NCBI GenBank assembly: GCA_002269645.1
Contig: NIVC01000741.1
Location: forward strand, 323,206 to 387,205
Direction of reading: 5' to 3'
Origin: Macrostomum lignano
Taxonomy: Eukaryota
DNA: 64,000 nucleotides
Shown: positions 1 to 12,487 of the stretch, piece by piece
Layout: the number at the start of each line of letters is the position of its first letter
How positions within the stretch are numbered: the first letter of the stretch is position 1
Program-made: the position numbers and the translations under genes
The notes under the pieces: model-generated
Told to the model about the DNA's origin: nothing
The model's database searches: none
The model's input: only the letters and a program-made list of their open reading frames with translations

Positions 1-85
1 AAAAATTGGCTGATAAGGCAATGGCAAGCAAAAATATTGACTTTTTTCTATTTTCCAAAAATGTCCATCTTATATGGAATGAGCC
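1..85 (-). mobile_element. Terminal fragment of the PIF/Harbinger-like MITE family seen complete at 38067-38842 (cut by window edge)
   Basis: Bases 1-85 are the reverse complement of 38067-38152 apart from a 2-nt indel, and end in the TIR ATATGGAATGAGCC. Confidence 0.8.
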
Positions 86-509
86 AGAATCAATTCAGTC
101 ATACCTTATCAACTCAGTTCAGTCAATCAGTTTTTTTTTCAAATATTTTTTACAATGTCTTTTAAGTAGGGGCCTAAAAATATGCTTGACCTTGGTTTAT
201 CAAAAATGCATAAGTATTAAATTAAAATCTCTTGCCTAATGCATTGAGTAGTTTTTTAGCCAAAATATATACTAGATCTACCATCAGGGATCATCAGAAA
301 ATTTCTAATAAAAAATTGAAATTTTGAAGAAAATTGGTTGAGCCACTTTTCCTATAATCAATCGCATACCTAGATAGTTACTTCAAATGAAACCTCTCAA
401 TATTCAAGTAGGCCTATATGCCTACATTTAACTTTTTATGCATAGCTAAGCTAGGCCAAAAATAATATGATAAGGTGACCTTTCGAAGAAAAGTGAATCT
501 CTTGTCTTA

Positions 510-769
510 GGGCCTTTTCATATTACCAATTTCAGAACCAGAATCGGTTCGGAATTCCAAGAAAAACAGCAGTATAACTATTAAACTCTGTTAATATTTG
601 ACTGCCTTAACAACCTAACTTAGCACAATTTTTCACTTTCTTCTTGGCGATTGTCATTCAATAATAAAAACTTTATAGCACGTATCTCCCTCTAGTTATG
701 GAGACAAAAAGTTATACTTCACAAATTGGTTCTGGTTCTGGAACCAGAACAAGCAATATGAAAAGGCCC
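510..769. mobile_element. 260-bp Tourist/PIF-Harbinger-like MITE
   Basis: Perfect 15-bp TIR GGGCCTTTTCATATT / AATATGAAAAGGCCC; TTA target duplication at 507-509 and 770-772; no coding capacity. Confidence 0.85.
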
Positions 770-2799
770 TTAGTGGACTACAAGCCTTCTTAAGATAGTT
801 ATTATTACTTCTTTTTAAACACATTTATGCCCACACTAAAATAATGAAAAATATGTTTTCTACCAAGGACTGACAAATTGTTTTTTAACTGCTGCCAATA
901 ACTAAAAATGTACTTTTTTAAACTGAACCCAGTGCGGTTGGGACGTCCGGTTGAGCCATGGCTGGGCCCACGGGATCGACCCAAATTAAGCCTAATATTA
1001 GTATTCCACCCACGGACTAGGTAAATAAGTTGATAAAAGTACACATTAGTCCGTGATCCTCTACCTTATAAAATCCGGAAATCATAAAACTGTGCTATTT
1101 CTTGTATTTGTCACTCCATAAAATTGCAGCTATTGCATAGAATTATTTTGTTTCCGCGAGAAAACATTGACGGAAACAAATTTGAAATTCCACTAAAACG
1201 AATAAGGTGCGGTACCTTCTACATACATGTTTATACAAAATGAAATGAACAGCTGAATATTAATACAACCCCGTAACTTTTGTACATGTACATGTAACCA
1301 TGGATAACTAGAGTAGAAGGACGTTACACTCAGCTTTCGTGGAAATCGGGCTGGAGGCCCAATTTTCGCGTAAATAAACTAGCGAGATAGAAGAACATAA
1401 TTTTTTTCATGCGAAATAGGCAGCTAAATTTGAGTCGAAGAAGCAGTGAAGTTCTTATTTTGATATAAGTTGAAAGCTCTAGTTGTCCATGACATGTACA
1501 TGTGCATTTACCAATCTTTGCGTGATCATACTGTAGTGTAAAAGGAGATCGAACAAGCAGTTCTATATGCTGTGATAGATATCCGGCCTGGGATTTGTGC
1601 CTTGACGTACTGCGGCATAGATGTACGCGGGCGAGCTTATTTAGAGGTGCTGCAACCCTTAGGGGCGCCAATATGTCTTGGTGGACGTTCCTGGCTCTTA
1701 GTGGGCGCCACTACCCCCGTCTCTCATGCCGGGTAGGATGCCAATTCCAAGAAACGGCAAAATTGAGCTTCTGTCTTTCGTCGAGCTTGGTTATCATCTC
1801 TTTCATTTAGCTTTTTGTTGAACGCAATATTTGTGGGGGCTATAGGGAAGGCCTACTGCCCCGATTGCCACGGTCTCAGATTAAATTGTACTTTAGTTTG
1901 CTGTGCATGTATATGTGACGTATCTTATTTCCGGTGGACTGTACAGCCTAAAAGCGTCTGTCTGCGGGGTGCAATAAATGCCATTTTAATATAATAAAGT
2001 ACAAGAAAAAAAGCCAACATAATCAACTTCACTACACATGCGTTCAGTGGCAGATCATTAAAGATCATCTACATAATATCTGCTCTGGTACAAGTACGCT
2101 CATACATGTATATAGGATTGATTACACATGCTGACGCGTCTGCAAAATTTTACAATATTGTTCAGGATGTATCTGCAAATCTCTTTCCAGCCGCATAAAT
2201 ATGGTAGACGCAGCTTCTATGCGCAGAAAGCATTCTCGAATTCCCTTATCTGGTGGAATCCACGCCGCTTCTGGCTACCGCTGCACGGCAGTCGGCTGCG
2301 CAAGGCTGCTGGGCGATTAATGTATTAGGCAAATAGAAGAATAACAGAAACTGCAGTTGCGGCCGCGCATCAAGCATGCAGCATGAGTGCTGCGAATGGC
2401 GATAGAGGGCAGCCCCCGCACCCGAAGCTCGTCAACGCTACGATCGGGCCACGGCAACAAGTCAAGTACAAAGCAAGCATGCATGGGCAAACAGTTGCTG
2501 CTAGAAGAAGCAGGGCAAAATAGCCGCCAATTATACGGCTGCTTCCGTTTGGTCCGCGGACCGTCAGCGAATGAGAGAGCGCCATAGCGGAGTGCATGTA
2601 TTGAGAAAATCCAAAAAAATCCCCACGCATATCCTTTCAGAGCCGATTAAGCTTTTTACTGCTCACACAATTCTCCCCGAGCCCTAGCAGCAAATTTCAA
2701 GGTGCTGAAGAAGCCACGTGCAAAATTGAGCAAGTTGAACACTTTTCTAAAAAGCTATCTTCACAAGGTATTTCAATTTCTATTTAAACTGTTTCACGG

Positions 2800-3559
2800 A
2801 TGCCTATACTGTGTTAGATATGCCTATACTGTGTCAGATATGCCTATACTGTGTCAGATATGCCTATACTGTGTCAGATATGCCTATACTGTGTCAGATA
2901 TGCCTATTCTGTGTCAGATATGCCTATACTGTGTCAGATATGCCTATTCTGTGTCAGATATGCCTATTCTGTGTCAGATATGCCTATACTGTGTCAGATA
3001 TGCCTATACTGTGTCAGATATGCCTATACTGTGTCAGATATGCCTATTCTGTGTCAGATATGCCTATACTGTGTCAGATATGCCTATACTGTGTCAGATA
3101 TGCCTATACTGTGTCAGATATGCCTATACTGTGTCAGATATGCCTATTCTGTGTCAGATATGCCTATACTGTGTCAGATATGCCTATTCTGTGTCAGATA
3201 TGCCTATTCTGTGTCAGATATGCCTATACTGTGTCAGATATGCCTATACTGTGTCAGATATGCCTATACTGTGTCAGATATGCCTATACTGTGTCAGATA
3301 TGCCTATACTGTGTCAGATATGCCTATACTGTGTCAGATATGCCTATACTGTGTCAGATATGCCTATACTGTGTCAGATATGCCTATACTGTGTCAGATA
3401 TGCCTATACTGTGTCAGATATGCCTATACTGTGTCAGATATGCCTATACTGTGTCAGATATGCCTATACTGTGTCAGATATGCCTATACTGTGTCAGATA
3501 TGCCTATACTGTGTCAGATATGCCTATACTGTGTCAGATATGTCTATACTGTGTCAGAG
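2800..3559. repeat. 20-bp minisatellite (ATGCCTATACTGTGTCAGAT), about 38 copies
   Basis: Direct reading; A/T variant at one position. Explains the spurious CQICLYCVRYAYTVSDMPIL ORFs. Confidence 0.97.
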
Positions 3560-3560
3560 A

Positions 3561-3627
3561 TGTGAGGTGTCAAGAGTTCCTATGTGAGGTGTCAGGAGCG
3601 CCGAGGTGAGGTGTCAGGAGTGCCGGT
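3561..3627. repeat. 22-bp minisatellite (TGTGAGGTGTCAGGAGTGCCGG), left part, interrupted by the LTR insertion
   Basis: About three units; the array resumes at 12488 after the CCGGT target duplication. Confidence 0.9.
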
Positions 3628-3670
3628 TGTCATGACTTATGGGGTGGGGCCGCGTGGTAGGGGTGGAGCT

Positions 3671-6600
3671 TGTTGTATATTAACAGAGAAGACACAGAGT
3701 ATGCCCCCAAGCCCAATGTTTTGTTGTCTAAGGCACAACCTATTATTTTATAATAAAGTACGAGCTAGTTACAACATGAATCCCAAGAGGAGTTCGTAAC
3801 TACCGGAGCAATACGATAGCTCGAACCCCTAAGCGAACCGTTGTCTTCTTACTTAAATGTAGCAGCTCCACGTCGGAGCAGAAGACATAACAATGGCGAC
3901 GAGTACAAAAATCGGCGAGTTTGACGTGGCTAAACCGGATAAATGGGAAGCCTACGAAGAGCGGCTAGAACAATTTCTCGTCGTGAATAAAGTGACCGAG
4001 GAGGCACAAAAGCGAGCGAGCTTGATCACAGTGATAGGCAATGACTGTTATCAATTGCTACGCAACCTGCTATCGCCTAAGAAGCCAAAGGATGTGGCGT
4101 ACGACGAACAAGTGAAGACGCTGAGGGAACACTTCAACCCAAAGCCAAAGATTGTCGTCGAGCGGTACAACTTCCACAGCAGAGTCCAACACGAAGGAGA
4201 AACAGTGAGTGACTTTGTTGCAAGTCTGCGGAGGTTGGCAGCCACGTGTGGTTTTGACAAGTTCCTGGAGGAGGCACTGAGAGACAGGTTCGTCGTTGGC
4301 CTCAGGAACAGGCTCATCCAGCAGCGATTGCTACAAGAAGAGACACTGACCCTGTCGGGTGCATTAACGCTAGCGACTGCGATAGAAGCAGCAGAGCGAG
4401 GAGTCGTGACTATCACCTCCGCCACAGGAGTCGGTCATAGTGTCAATTTCTCGAAGGAAACTAACAAGCAATCAACTGCAGCGCAACATGGGAAAAGGAG
4501 CCGCGCCCAAGATGGATGTTTCCGCTGTAACGCGAAGGATCATTGGGCAAGGAGCTGTCCATATAGGAATAAAACGTGCAGCAAATGCGGCCGAGTAGGA
4601 CATCTTAGAGATGCATGCCGTACAAAGGACAAGGCAAAAGAGTCTGGAAGTGGCAGGTCGAAGAGATTCAACTCTTCAAAACGTGGGAAGTCCGGTAAGG
4701 TGCATTACGCGCGGAATTTCGACAGTGAGTCAGAAAGTGAGGGTTCGGACTGCAGTGGTCGAGACAAGCATTCCGAGATCAGGACTGTGTTTGCTACAGG
4801 AATGGCTGGCTTTAGTGGATCAGCACCGTATATGTGCGAGTTAAATATAAATGGGCATTTTGTAAATTTCCAACTGGATACTGGCGCAGACAAGACCCTT
4901 ATTAACGAAAATACTGGCAAGAAAATTGGCTTAAGGTGGTCTAAATCTAATGTTAGACTGTCAAGTTACACAGATCATCTCATACCAGTTCTGGGCGAAG
5001 CTACTGTTATCGTAACTAACTATCAGGAAAGACAGTATCAACTAACTGCGCTTGTTGTGAAGGGAGACAGAGTGAATCTTCTAGGTCGGGACTGGCTCTC
5101 TTCGTTGAAAATTGACTGGAGCAAATTTGCCCATGTGAAAACAACAACGTTGGTTCCACCTATCGAGCGGTTAATGAAGAAGTATGATCAAGTGTTTGCT
5201 GAAAGCCTTGGCACTATCAAAGGGTTAAAGGCCAGAATACTGTTGAAAGAAAACTTCATTCCAAAGTTTTGTAAGAGTCGACCGGTGCCATTTGCGATCA
5301 AAAGCCTCATTGAAGAGGAGCTGGCGAATTTGCAAGCTCAAGGCATAATAAAAAAAGTGAGCGCATCAGACTTTGCATCTCCGATTGTCCCAGTTTTGAA
5401 GCGCGATGGAAAATCCGTAAGGATTTGCGCTGATTTTAAGAGAACCGTTAATCCCCAATTGGAAGTTGACAAGTACCCTCTGCCGAAACCGGAAGAAATT
5501 TTCGCAACTCTTAATGGTGGAAGAGTCTTCTCGAAATTGGATATTTCGCAAGCGTTTTTACAACTGGAACTGGAGGATTCGTGCAAAAAGTTTGCTACAA
5601 TTAACACACATCTGGGTTTGTTCCAACACGAGCGACTAACAAGGGGTCTGGCATCAGCCCCTGCACAATTTCAAGAAGCGATGGAGAAAATTTTACAAGG
5701 CTTGGAAGTGGTTGTCTATATAGACGACATTCTTGTATCCGGCAGTTGTTTGGAAGACCACGACTAAAGACTGGAAGCTGTATTAGAACGTCTTTTAGCT
5801 CACGGTGTGCATTTGAATCGGAAAAAGTGTGAATTCCGCCTAAATAGAATTGAATTCTTGGGCTACGTTATCGATGAATCGGGAATCCATCCCTCGAAAG
5901 AGAAAGTTCAGGCAATTCATGAAGCTCCAACACCAACTAACGTGTCAGAGGTTCGTTCCTTGATAGGAATGATCAGCTATTATGGAAAGTTTATTCCAAA
6001 CCTATCATCAATACTGGTACCTCTCAACAGACTATTGCACAAAGACGCAGAGTTTCATTGGAGTGAGGCGTGTTCGGCAGCATTCGAGAAAGTGAAGGCA
6101 ACTCTAACTTCTGAGCGTGTTCTGGCTCATTTTGATTCTAAGAAGCAGCTTGTATTGCAAACGGACGCCTCCAAATATGGAATCGGGTGTGTCATCTCAC
6201 ATTTGATGCCCAATGGCGAGGAAAGGCCTGTAGCATTTGCTTCGAGAACTCTAACAAAACCTGAGATCAACTACTCTCAACTAGAGAAAGAAGCGCTGGC
6301 CATCGTATTCGGAGTTAAAAGATTTCACCAATATCTTTTTGGACATCATTTTATACTAGTGACTGACCATAAACCCCTACTGACCATTTTTGGAGATAAG
6401 AAGGACATTCCTAGCATAGCAGCAAGCAGACTTCAGCGCTGGGCCGTGTTGCTTTCTGCCCATCAGTATACCATCAAATTCAGAAGAACAGAGGATCATT
6501 CTAATGCTGACGCACTTTCACGTCTCCCAGTGCCTGGTAATATCAGCAAGGTTGATCGTGTCTTGGAGGTCAGGCTAGAAATGCTACCAGTCAACGCAGA

Positions 6601-8230
6601 AACAATACGAACCGAGACACAGAAAGATTCACAGCTTCAGAGAGTTGTTCGATACTGTCAAAATGGTTGGCCAGACACCTGTGAGCAAGAGCTGGAACAG
6701 TACTTCAGGAAGCGGAACGAGTTTTGCATTGAGCAAGGTGTGCTATTTTGGGGAGTAAGAGTAATTATTCCAAGAAGCTTACAACAGGTTGTGTTAGAAC
6801 TGCTTCATGATGGACATCCAGGAATTGTTGCAATGAAATCCATAGCTAGACTGCATGTATGGTTCCCAGGAATCGACAAGGCTATAGAAGCCCTAGTCCA
6901 TAGTTGTGAAGGCTGTCAGCTGCAAAGGAATTTGCCTGCACAAGCACCAGTTCAGCCTCTTGTCTGGCCGGAAAGGCCTTGGACTCGAATTCAACTGGAC
7001 TACATGGGACCATTCCATGGATACTACTGGCTTGTTATAGTCGATGCAACAAGTAAATGGGTTGAGATCTTTCCCATGAAGCACGCAACTACCAACAGGA
7101 CGATAGAATGTCTACGAGAAACTTTCGCACGATTTGGCATCCCACAGCAAGTGTTGAGTGACAATGGAAGCCAGTTCTGCTCAGCTGAGTTCCGTACTTT
7201 CCTAGAGCGGAATAACATCCGACAGATTTTGACAGCTGTTGGACATCCGCGTACCAACGGACTTAGTGAAAGAATGGTGCAAACAGCAAAGTCTGCTATC
7301 AAAGCAGGAATTAAGACTCACGGTGATCCAATCTTGAGCATGCAGAACTTTCTGTTTCGCTATCGCAGTACACCTCATTCAACAACCGGTAGAACACCAG
7401 CAGAGATGATGTTATGCTACAGTCGCAGGACACGGTTGGATTTTCTTAAGCCGGATGCTTACTCAAGAGTGTTAAACAAGCAGACGGATGTCACTGAACG
7501 ACAAATAGAGAGAGGATCAACTATTCGAGAATTTCAAGAAGGAGACTCAGTTCTGACGTTGGACTTCAGAAGGGAGCGAGAAAACAGGTGGATTTCTGCC
7601 AAGGTGATCGCCCGCACAGGACCGCTGTCCTATAGACTGTTGGTCAACGGACAAGTCTGGAAGCGACACGTCGACCAAATTGTCAGTGCAGAATTACCTG
7701 GACAGAACAAGCCGGAGGCTCATCACCTACCGCCTATTCTGAAGGATCCTAGGAGAGTTCAGAGCGACAAAACTACCACCGAGAAAGAGCGGCGAGAGAG
7801 TGAATCAACTCAACCGGTCCAAGACGTGCCAAGCCGAGGAGAATCTCAGACAGCGGACACATACCAGGATGACGCTGACCCTGGAGCAGAAGGCGTGGGC
7901 ACAAGGATACTGAGGGATCGAAGCAAATTGAGAAAACCGGATCGGTTGCATTACAGTGAATAATTCCGGATAACTGACAATGCAACTTTTTATTGACAAA
8001 AGGGGGAATGTTGTATATTAACAGAGAAGACACAGAGTATGCCCCCAAGCCCAATGTTTTGTTGTCTAAGGCACAACCTATTATTTTATAATAAAGTACG
8101 AGCTAGTTACAACATGAATCCCAAGAGGAGTTCGTAACTACCGGAGCAATACGATAGCTCGAACCCCTAAGCGAACCGTTGTCTTCTTACTTAAATGTAG
8201 CAGCTCCACGTCGGAGCAGAAGACATAACA
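3671..8230 (+). mobile_element. Inner Ty3/Gypsy (Mag-like) LTR retrotransposon; 222-bp identical LTRs
   Basis: LTRs 3671-3892 and 8009-8230 (TGTTG...TAACA) identical by eye; TSD GAGCT (3666-3670 / 8231-8235); PBS TGGCGACGAG at 3894; PPT AAAAGGGGGAA at 7998-8008. Confidence 0.97.
3893..7963 (+). pseudogene. Inner element gag-pol (Gag with 2 CCHC knuckles, protease, RT, RNase H, integrase), single frame with one in-frame TAA at 5765-5767
   Basis: CFRCNAKDHWARSC and CSKCGRVGHLRDAC; LDTGA; YIDD; TDASKYGIG / TDHKPL; HDGHPG..CEGC, DYMG, DNG, GPLSY. ORFs 3893-5767 and 5807-7963 share a frame (DHD*RLEAVL). Confidence 0.93.
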
Positions 8231-8379
8231 GAGCTTGTTTAGTAAGCCTAGCTAGCAGTACGTACGGTAATGTACATGCGCGGGCCACCGTGCCCCTTGG
8301 CCTATAAAATATACAGAGCGTGGAGGGTTTTGCCTCAACTGAGTTTACTCCAGAATAAGCGAATTGACTTCATTACAAT

Positions 8380-8394
8380 TGGCGACGAGAATGG
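8380..8394 (+). promoter_or_regulatory. Primer-binding site (tRNA-Ser(GCU)-like) overlapping the gag ATG
   Basis: TGGCGACGAGAATGG follows the LTR end; it is complementary, with one mismatch, to the metazoan tRNA-Ser(GCU) 3' end as I recall it (...CCATCCTCGTCGCCA). Confidence 0.7.
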
Positions 8395-11300
8395 CTTCAG
8401 TTGGACAACTAGAGCCTTACGAGGAAGGCAAAGATTGGGACGCCTATCAAGAGCGAATGGACTCTTACATGCTTGCAAACGGCATAGAAGGCGACGACAA
8501 GAAGAAGGCAGTGTTTCTGACATTGATTGGCGAACGATGCTACGCAGTCCTGCGGGATCTCTGCAGTCCGACCAAGCCAACAGATCTGCAATACAGCGCC
8601 CTCACCGAGCACCTTCAAAAGTACTTCAAACCGAAGAAGCCAGTAATCGCTGAACGGTTCAAGTTCTACAAGCGAGCACAAAAGGACGGAGAGACGGCTG
8701 CTCAATTTCTGGCTGCGCTGCGGAATCTGGCCGATTCGTGCGAGTTCGGCGGGTTTCGAGAAGAAGCTCTCCGAGACTGTTTCGTTTGTGGTCTTCGGGA
8801 CCAGCGGACCCAGCAGCGACTCCTGATGGAGGAGAAGCTCACGCTGGATGCGGCCAAGAAAATTGCCCTCGCGGCGGAGATTGCTAAGTCGGAAACTGAG
8901 CAGTGGAAATCGAGCTCAGAGGTCAGCTCAGTCCAGCAGGTAGCGCCAGACTCGAAGGCGTGCTACAGGTGCGGATTGAAAGGCCACCTGTCGGCAGCCT
9001 GCCACTTCAGGACCGCAAAGTGCCACAACTGCGGGAAAGTTGGACACCTGCAGAAAGTTTGCCGCTCAGCCAAGAAAGCCTCCAGCACAACGAAAGCCGG
9101 ACGGCCAGAGAACGGACCAGCGCACGCAATGCAAACGGAAGAGGAGGAGGAAGCAGCAACTGGCTGGATTTCGCAAGTCACTGCATCGGCCAAGAAGATC
9201 AGCGTAAGCCTGCTGGTGAATGACTAGCCCCTCACCATGCAGCTGGACACCGGTGCCTGCGTCAGCCTCGTACCGGAGTCGGTGTGGAAGCAGCTCGGAC
9301 GACCTCCACTGACACCAACACGCCTGCGACTCCGGACCTGGACGGGCGAGCCAATACAAGTCAAGGGAACAGCCGAGGTCAGGGTCAACTACGACGGAAG
9401 ACAGCATGATAAGCTGCCGCTGGTGGTCACCAGTCAGACCGGAGCCTGCCCATTGCTAGGACGCAATTGGCTGGAAAAGGTGCGACTCAACTGGACTCAG
9501 TTGTTTGCCAACCAGATCAGCCAGGCGCCGGCGCAGAACAGCGGGCCTCTCGACCAGATGCTGGAGGAGTTCGCTGATGTTTTCGACGAGAGCCTGGGGC
9601 AGTTGAAGGATCAGACAGTCGCACTGAGACTTAAAAGTGACGCACAGCCTCGATTCTGCAAGGCCAGACCCGTGCCATTCGCAGTGCGGGACAAGCTTGA
9701 GCTCGAGCTCCAGGACATGCTCAACAAAGGCATCATCCGCCCGGTGACCTACAGCGAGTGGGCTACGCCAGTGGTTCCGGTACTCAAGGCGGACGGCTCA
9801 GTCCGACTGTGCGGCGACTATAAACTGACGTTGAACCCTCAGCTTCACATCGACCAGTACCCGCTGCCTACGCCTGAAGAGCTTTACGAGCAGATGGGAC
9901 GGGGTCAGCTGTTCTCAAAACTCGATCTGTCACAATGTTATCTTCAGTTTCCACTCGACGAAGAGAGCTGCAAGCTGACGACCATCAACACGCATAAAGG
10001 GCTTTTCGAGTACCTCCGGTTGCCATTTGGCGTCAGTTCGGCTCCTGCGATTTGCCAGAGGCTGATGGAAACACTTTTGAAGGGCGTGCCGGGAGTCTGT
10101 TGCCGCATTGATGACATCCTGGTGTCCGGTCCGTCAATGAGTGAGCACCTAGCAGCGCTTCGCGAGGTACTGACCAGGCTGAGAGCGGCGGGCCTGCGGC
10201 TGAAACGAATCAAGTGCAAATTTCTGCAAGAAGAAGTCAAATACCTGGGCTCGTTGCTGAGCAAGGACGGAGTCAAGAAGCTGCCTCAGAAGGTGGAAGC
10301 AATAGTCAACAGCCCGAGGCCAGCGACAGTATCAGAGCTGCGATCATTCTTGGGCCTCGCAAACTACTATGCTCGACATGTCAAGGACTTCTCCACGATC
10401 GCTGCTCCTCTGTATAAACTTTTGAGGAAGAGAGACGGACTGGCGGTGGGCTGAGACGGAGGACCGAGCCTGGGACCATCTTAAGCAAGAACTGAGTTCG
10501 GACAGCGTGCTGACGCATTTCAACGAGCAGCTTCCAGTGGTGGTGGCCGCGGATGCTTCATCGGTCGGCATCGGCGCGGTGCTGTCCCACACGATGGAGG
10601 ACGGCTCGGAACGGCCGGTGACTTTTGCTTCAAGGACGCTGTCAGCAGCGGAGCGAAATTACTCGCAAATTGAGAAAGAAGCCCTCGCCATCGTGTTCGC
10701 CATCAAGCGGTTCCACCAGTACCTGTTCGGCCGGAGCTTCACGATAATTACGGATCATCAGCCGTTGACGACGATTTTCGGACCGAAGGTTGGCATCTCG
10801 CCGACTGCAGCAGGGCGACTTCAGAGATGGGCACTGCTGCTGTCAGGGTACAGCTACAGCATCCGGTTCCGCAAGACTGCTCAGCACAGCAACGCAGACG
10901 GCCTGTCTCGCTTGCCCCTGCAGATGAAGGACGACAGCCCAGACGACGACGATCGGGTCTGTCAGCTGACGGGCGAGTTTCCATTGACGGCGGCGGATGT
11001 AGCGGCAGCAACGAAGCGAGATGACGAGCTCCGAGATGTTCTCCGGATGATAATGACTGGCTGGCCAGAGTCGGTTCCCCCGGGGCTCGAGCCCTACTTT
11101 CGTCGTCGACTAGAACTAAGCGTGGAAGACGGCTGCGTGATCTGGGAAACTCGCGTGCTGGTTCCGGAAGCGTTGCGACCTGGAGTTCTGCGCGAGTTAC
11201 ACGTGGAACATTTCGGCATGGCCCGGATGAAAAGTGTCGCCAGAACCTTCGTCTGGTGGCCAGGAATGGATGCTGACATCGAGTCGGTTGCCAGCAGCTG

Positions 11301-12270
11301 CCAAGCCTGCCAATCCGTTAAGCTGCATCCGGTGCTGGCTCCAATGCACCCCTGGGTGTGGCCAGACCAGCCCTGGGACCGCATCCACGTTGACTTTGCC
11401 GGGCCGGTTCGAGGCCGCCAGTTTCTCCTCGTAGTCGACTCGCACTCAAAGTGGCCGCATGTGGAGGCCGTGTCAACACTCGAATCGGCCGAGCTGGTTC
11501 GCAAGCTGCGAGTGTTGTTTGCACAATGGGGCCTGCCGAGAGAACTGGTATCGGACAACGGTCCAGCATTCATCAGTCAAGGATTTAGCGATTTCTGCAA
11601 AGCAAATGGAATTCGCCACACAAGAAGCAGTCCATATCACGCCAAGACCAACGGACTGGTGGAACGGCTGGTGAAGTCGTTCAAGATGGCCATGGAGGCG
11701 TCACGGAGCAGTCAGCCGGACCTCGACATCCGCCTGTGCAACTGGCTGCTGGGCTACCGAGCTAGCCCGCACCCAACGACCGGTCGGACACCAGCGGAGC
11801 TCTTCCTGAAGCGGCAGCTCCGGACTCGAATGGACCTGCTGCGGCCGTCAGCCCGGGATCGAGTACTGCGGGAGCAATCTGCCCAGAAACGACAGCACGA
11901 CCGGCGGTCGCGGGAGCTGCCGGAGGAGCCGTGGTCGGAGGCCTGGGCCAGGGACTACCGGCCTAATGCGGCGGCCTGGCAACCAGCAAAAGTTCTCGAG
12001 CAGACTGGGCCGCTGAGCTTCCGAGTCGAAACGAGCGACGGCCTGACCTGGCGCCGTCATGCCGACCAACTGCGGGGCCGGCGAGTCGAGAGCGACCAAC
12101 CTGACGGTCCGGCAGCCGGGACCGAGCCAGCTGAAGCTGCGGACTCGACCGGGACCGGCGCGGAGCACCCGGAGCCGGAGCCGCCAGACGCGCCCTGCGG
12201 ACTGCAGCCTGCACGCCGGCGACGGCCACCTGAGAAGCTGACCTACTCAAAACTCGGGAGCTGTGATTGA
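8391..12270 (+). pseudogene. Outer element gag-pol with an in-frame TAG (9225-9227) and a +1 frameshift near 10428
   Basis: Two CCHC knuckles, VND*PLTMQLDTGA, RIDD, ADASSVGIG, HVEHFG..CQAC, DFAG/DNG, GPLSF. Removing one A near AGGAAGAGAGAC restores RKETDWRWAETEDRAW into the RNase H frame. Confidence 0.92.
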
Positions 12271-12487
12271 TAGGAAGCGGACTTCTTCTGAGAGGGGAAA
12301 AGTGTCATGACTTATGGGGTGGGGCCGCGTGGTAGGGGTGGAGCTTGTTTAGTAAGCCTAGCTAGCAGTACGTACGGTAATGTACATGCGCGGGCCACCG
12401 TGCCCCTTGGCCTATAAAATATACAGAGCGTGGAGGGTTTTGCCTCAACTGAGTTTACTCCAGAATAAGCGAATTGACTTCATTACA

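Larger units (their letters stand above)
3628..12487 (+). mobile_element. Outer Ty3/Gypsy (Mag-like) LTR retrotransposon; 185-bp LTRs, 5' LTR split by a second element
   Basis: 5' LTR = 3628-3670 + 8236-8377; 3' LTR = 12303-12487; TG...CA ends; no LTR differences seen by eye; TSD CCGGT (3623-3627 / 12488-12492); PBS TGGCGACGAGAATGG at 8380; PPT GAGAGGGGAAAAG before 12303. Confidence 0.96.

Noticed and set aside
1966-1980. Partial SL-like match (ATTTATTGCA on the minus strand)
   Set aside because: Only 10 nt, lacks the terminal TG and is not adjacent to a gene start; expected by chance.
2128-2630. Small ORFs near a GC-rich patch
   Set aside because: Short, overlapping on both strands, no motif.
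2702-3609. 250-290-aa Cys-rich ORFs in three frames
   Set aside because: Translations of the stop-free 20-bp minisatellite; open in all frames, no unique domain.
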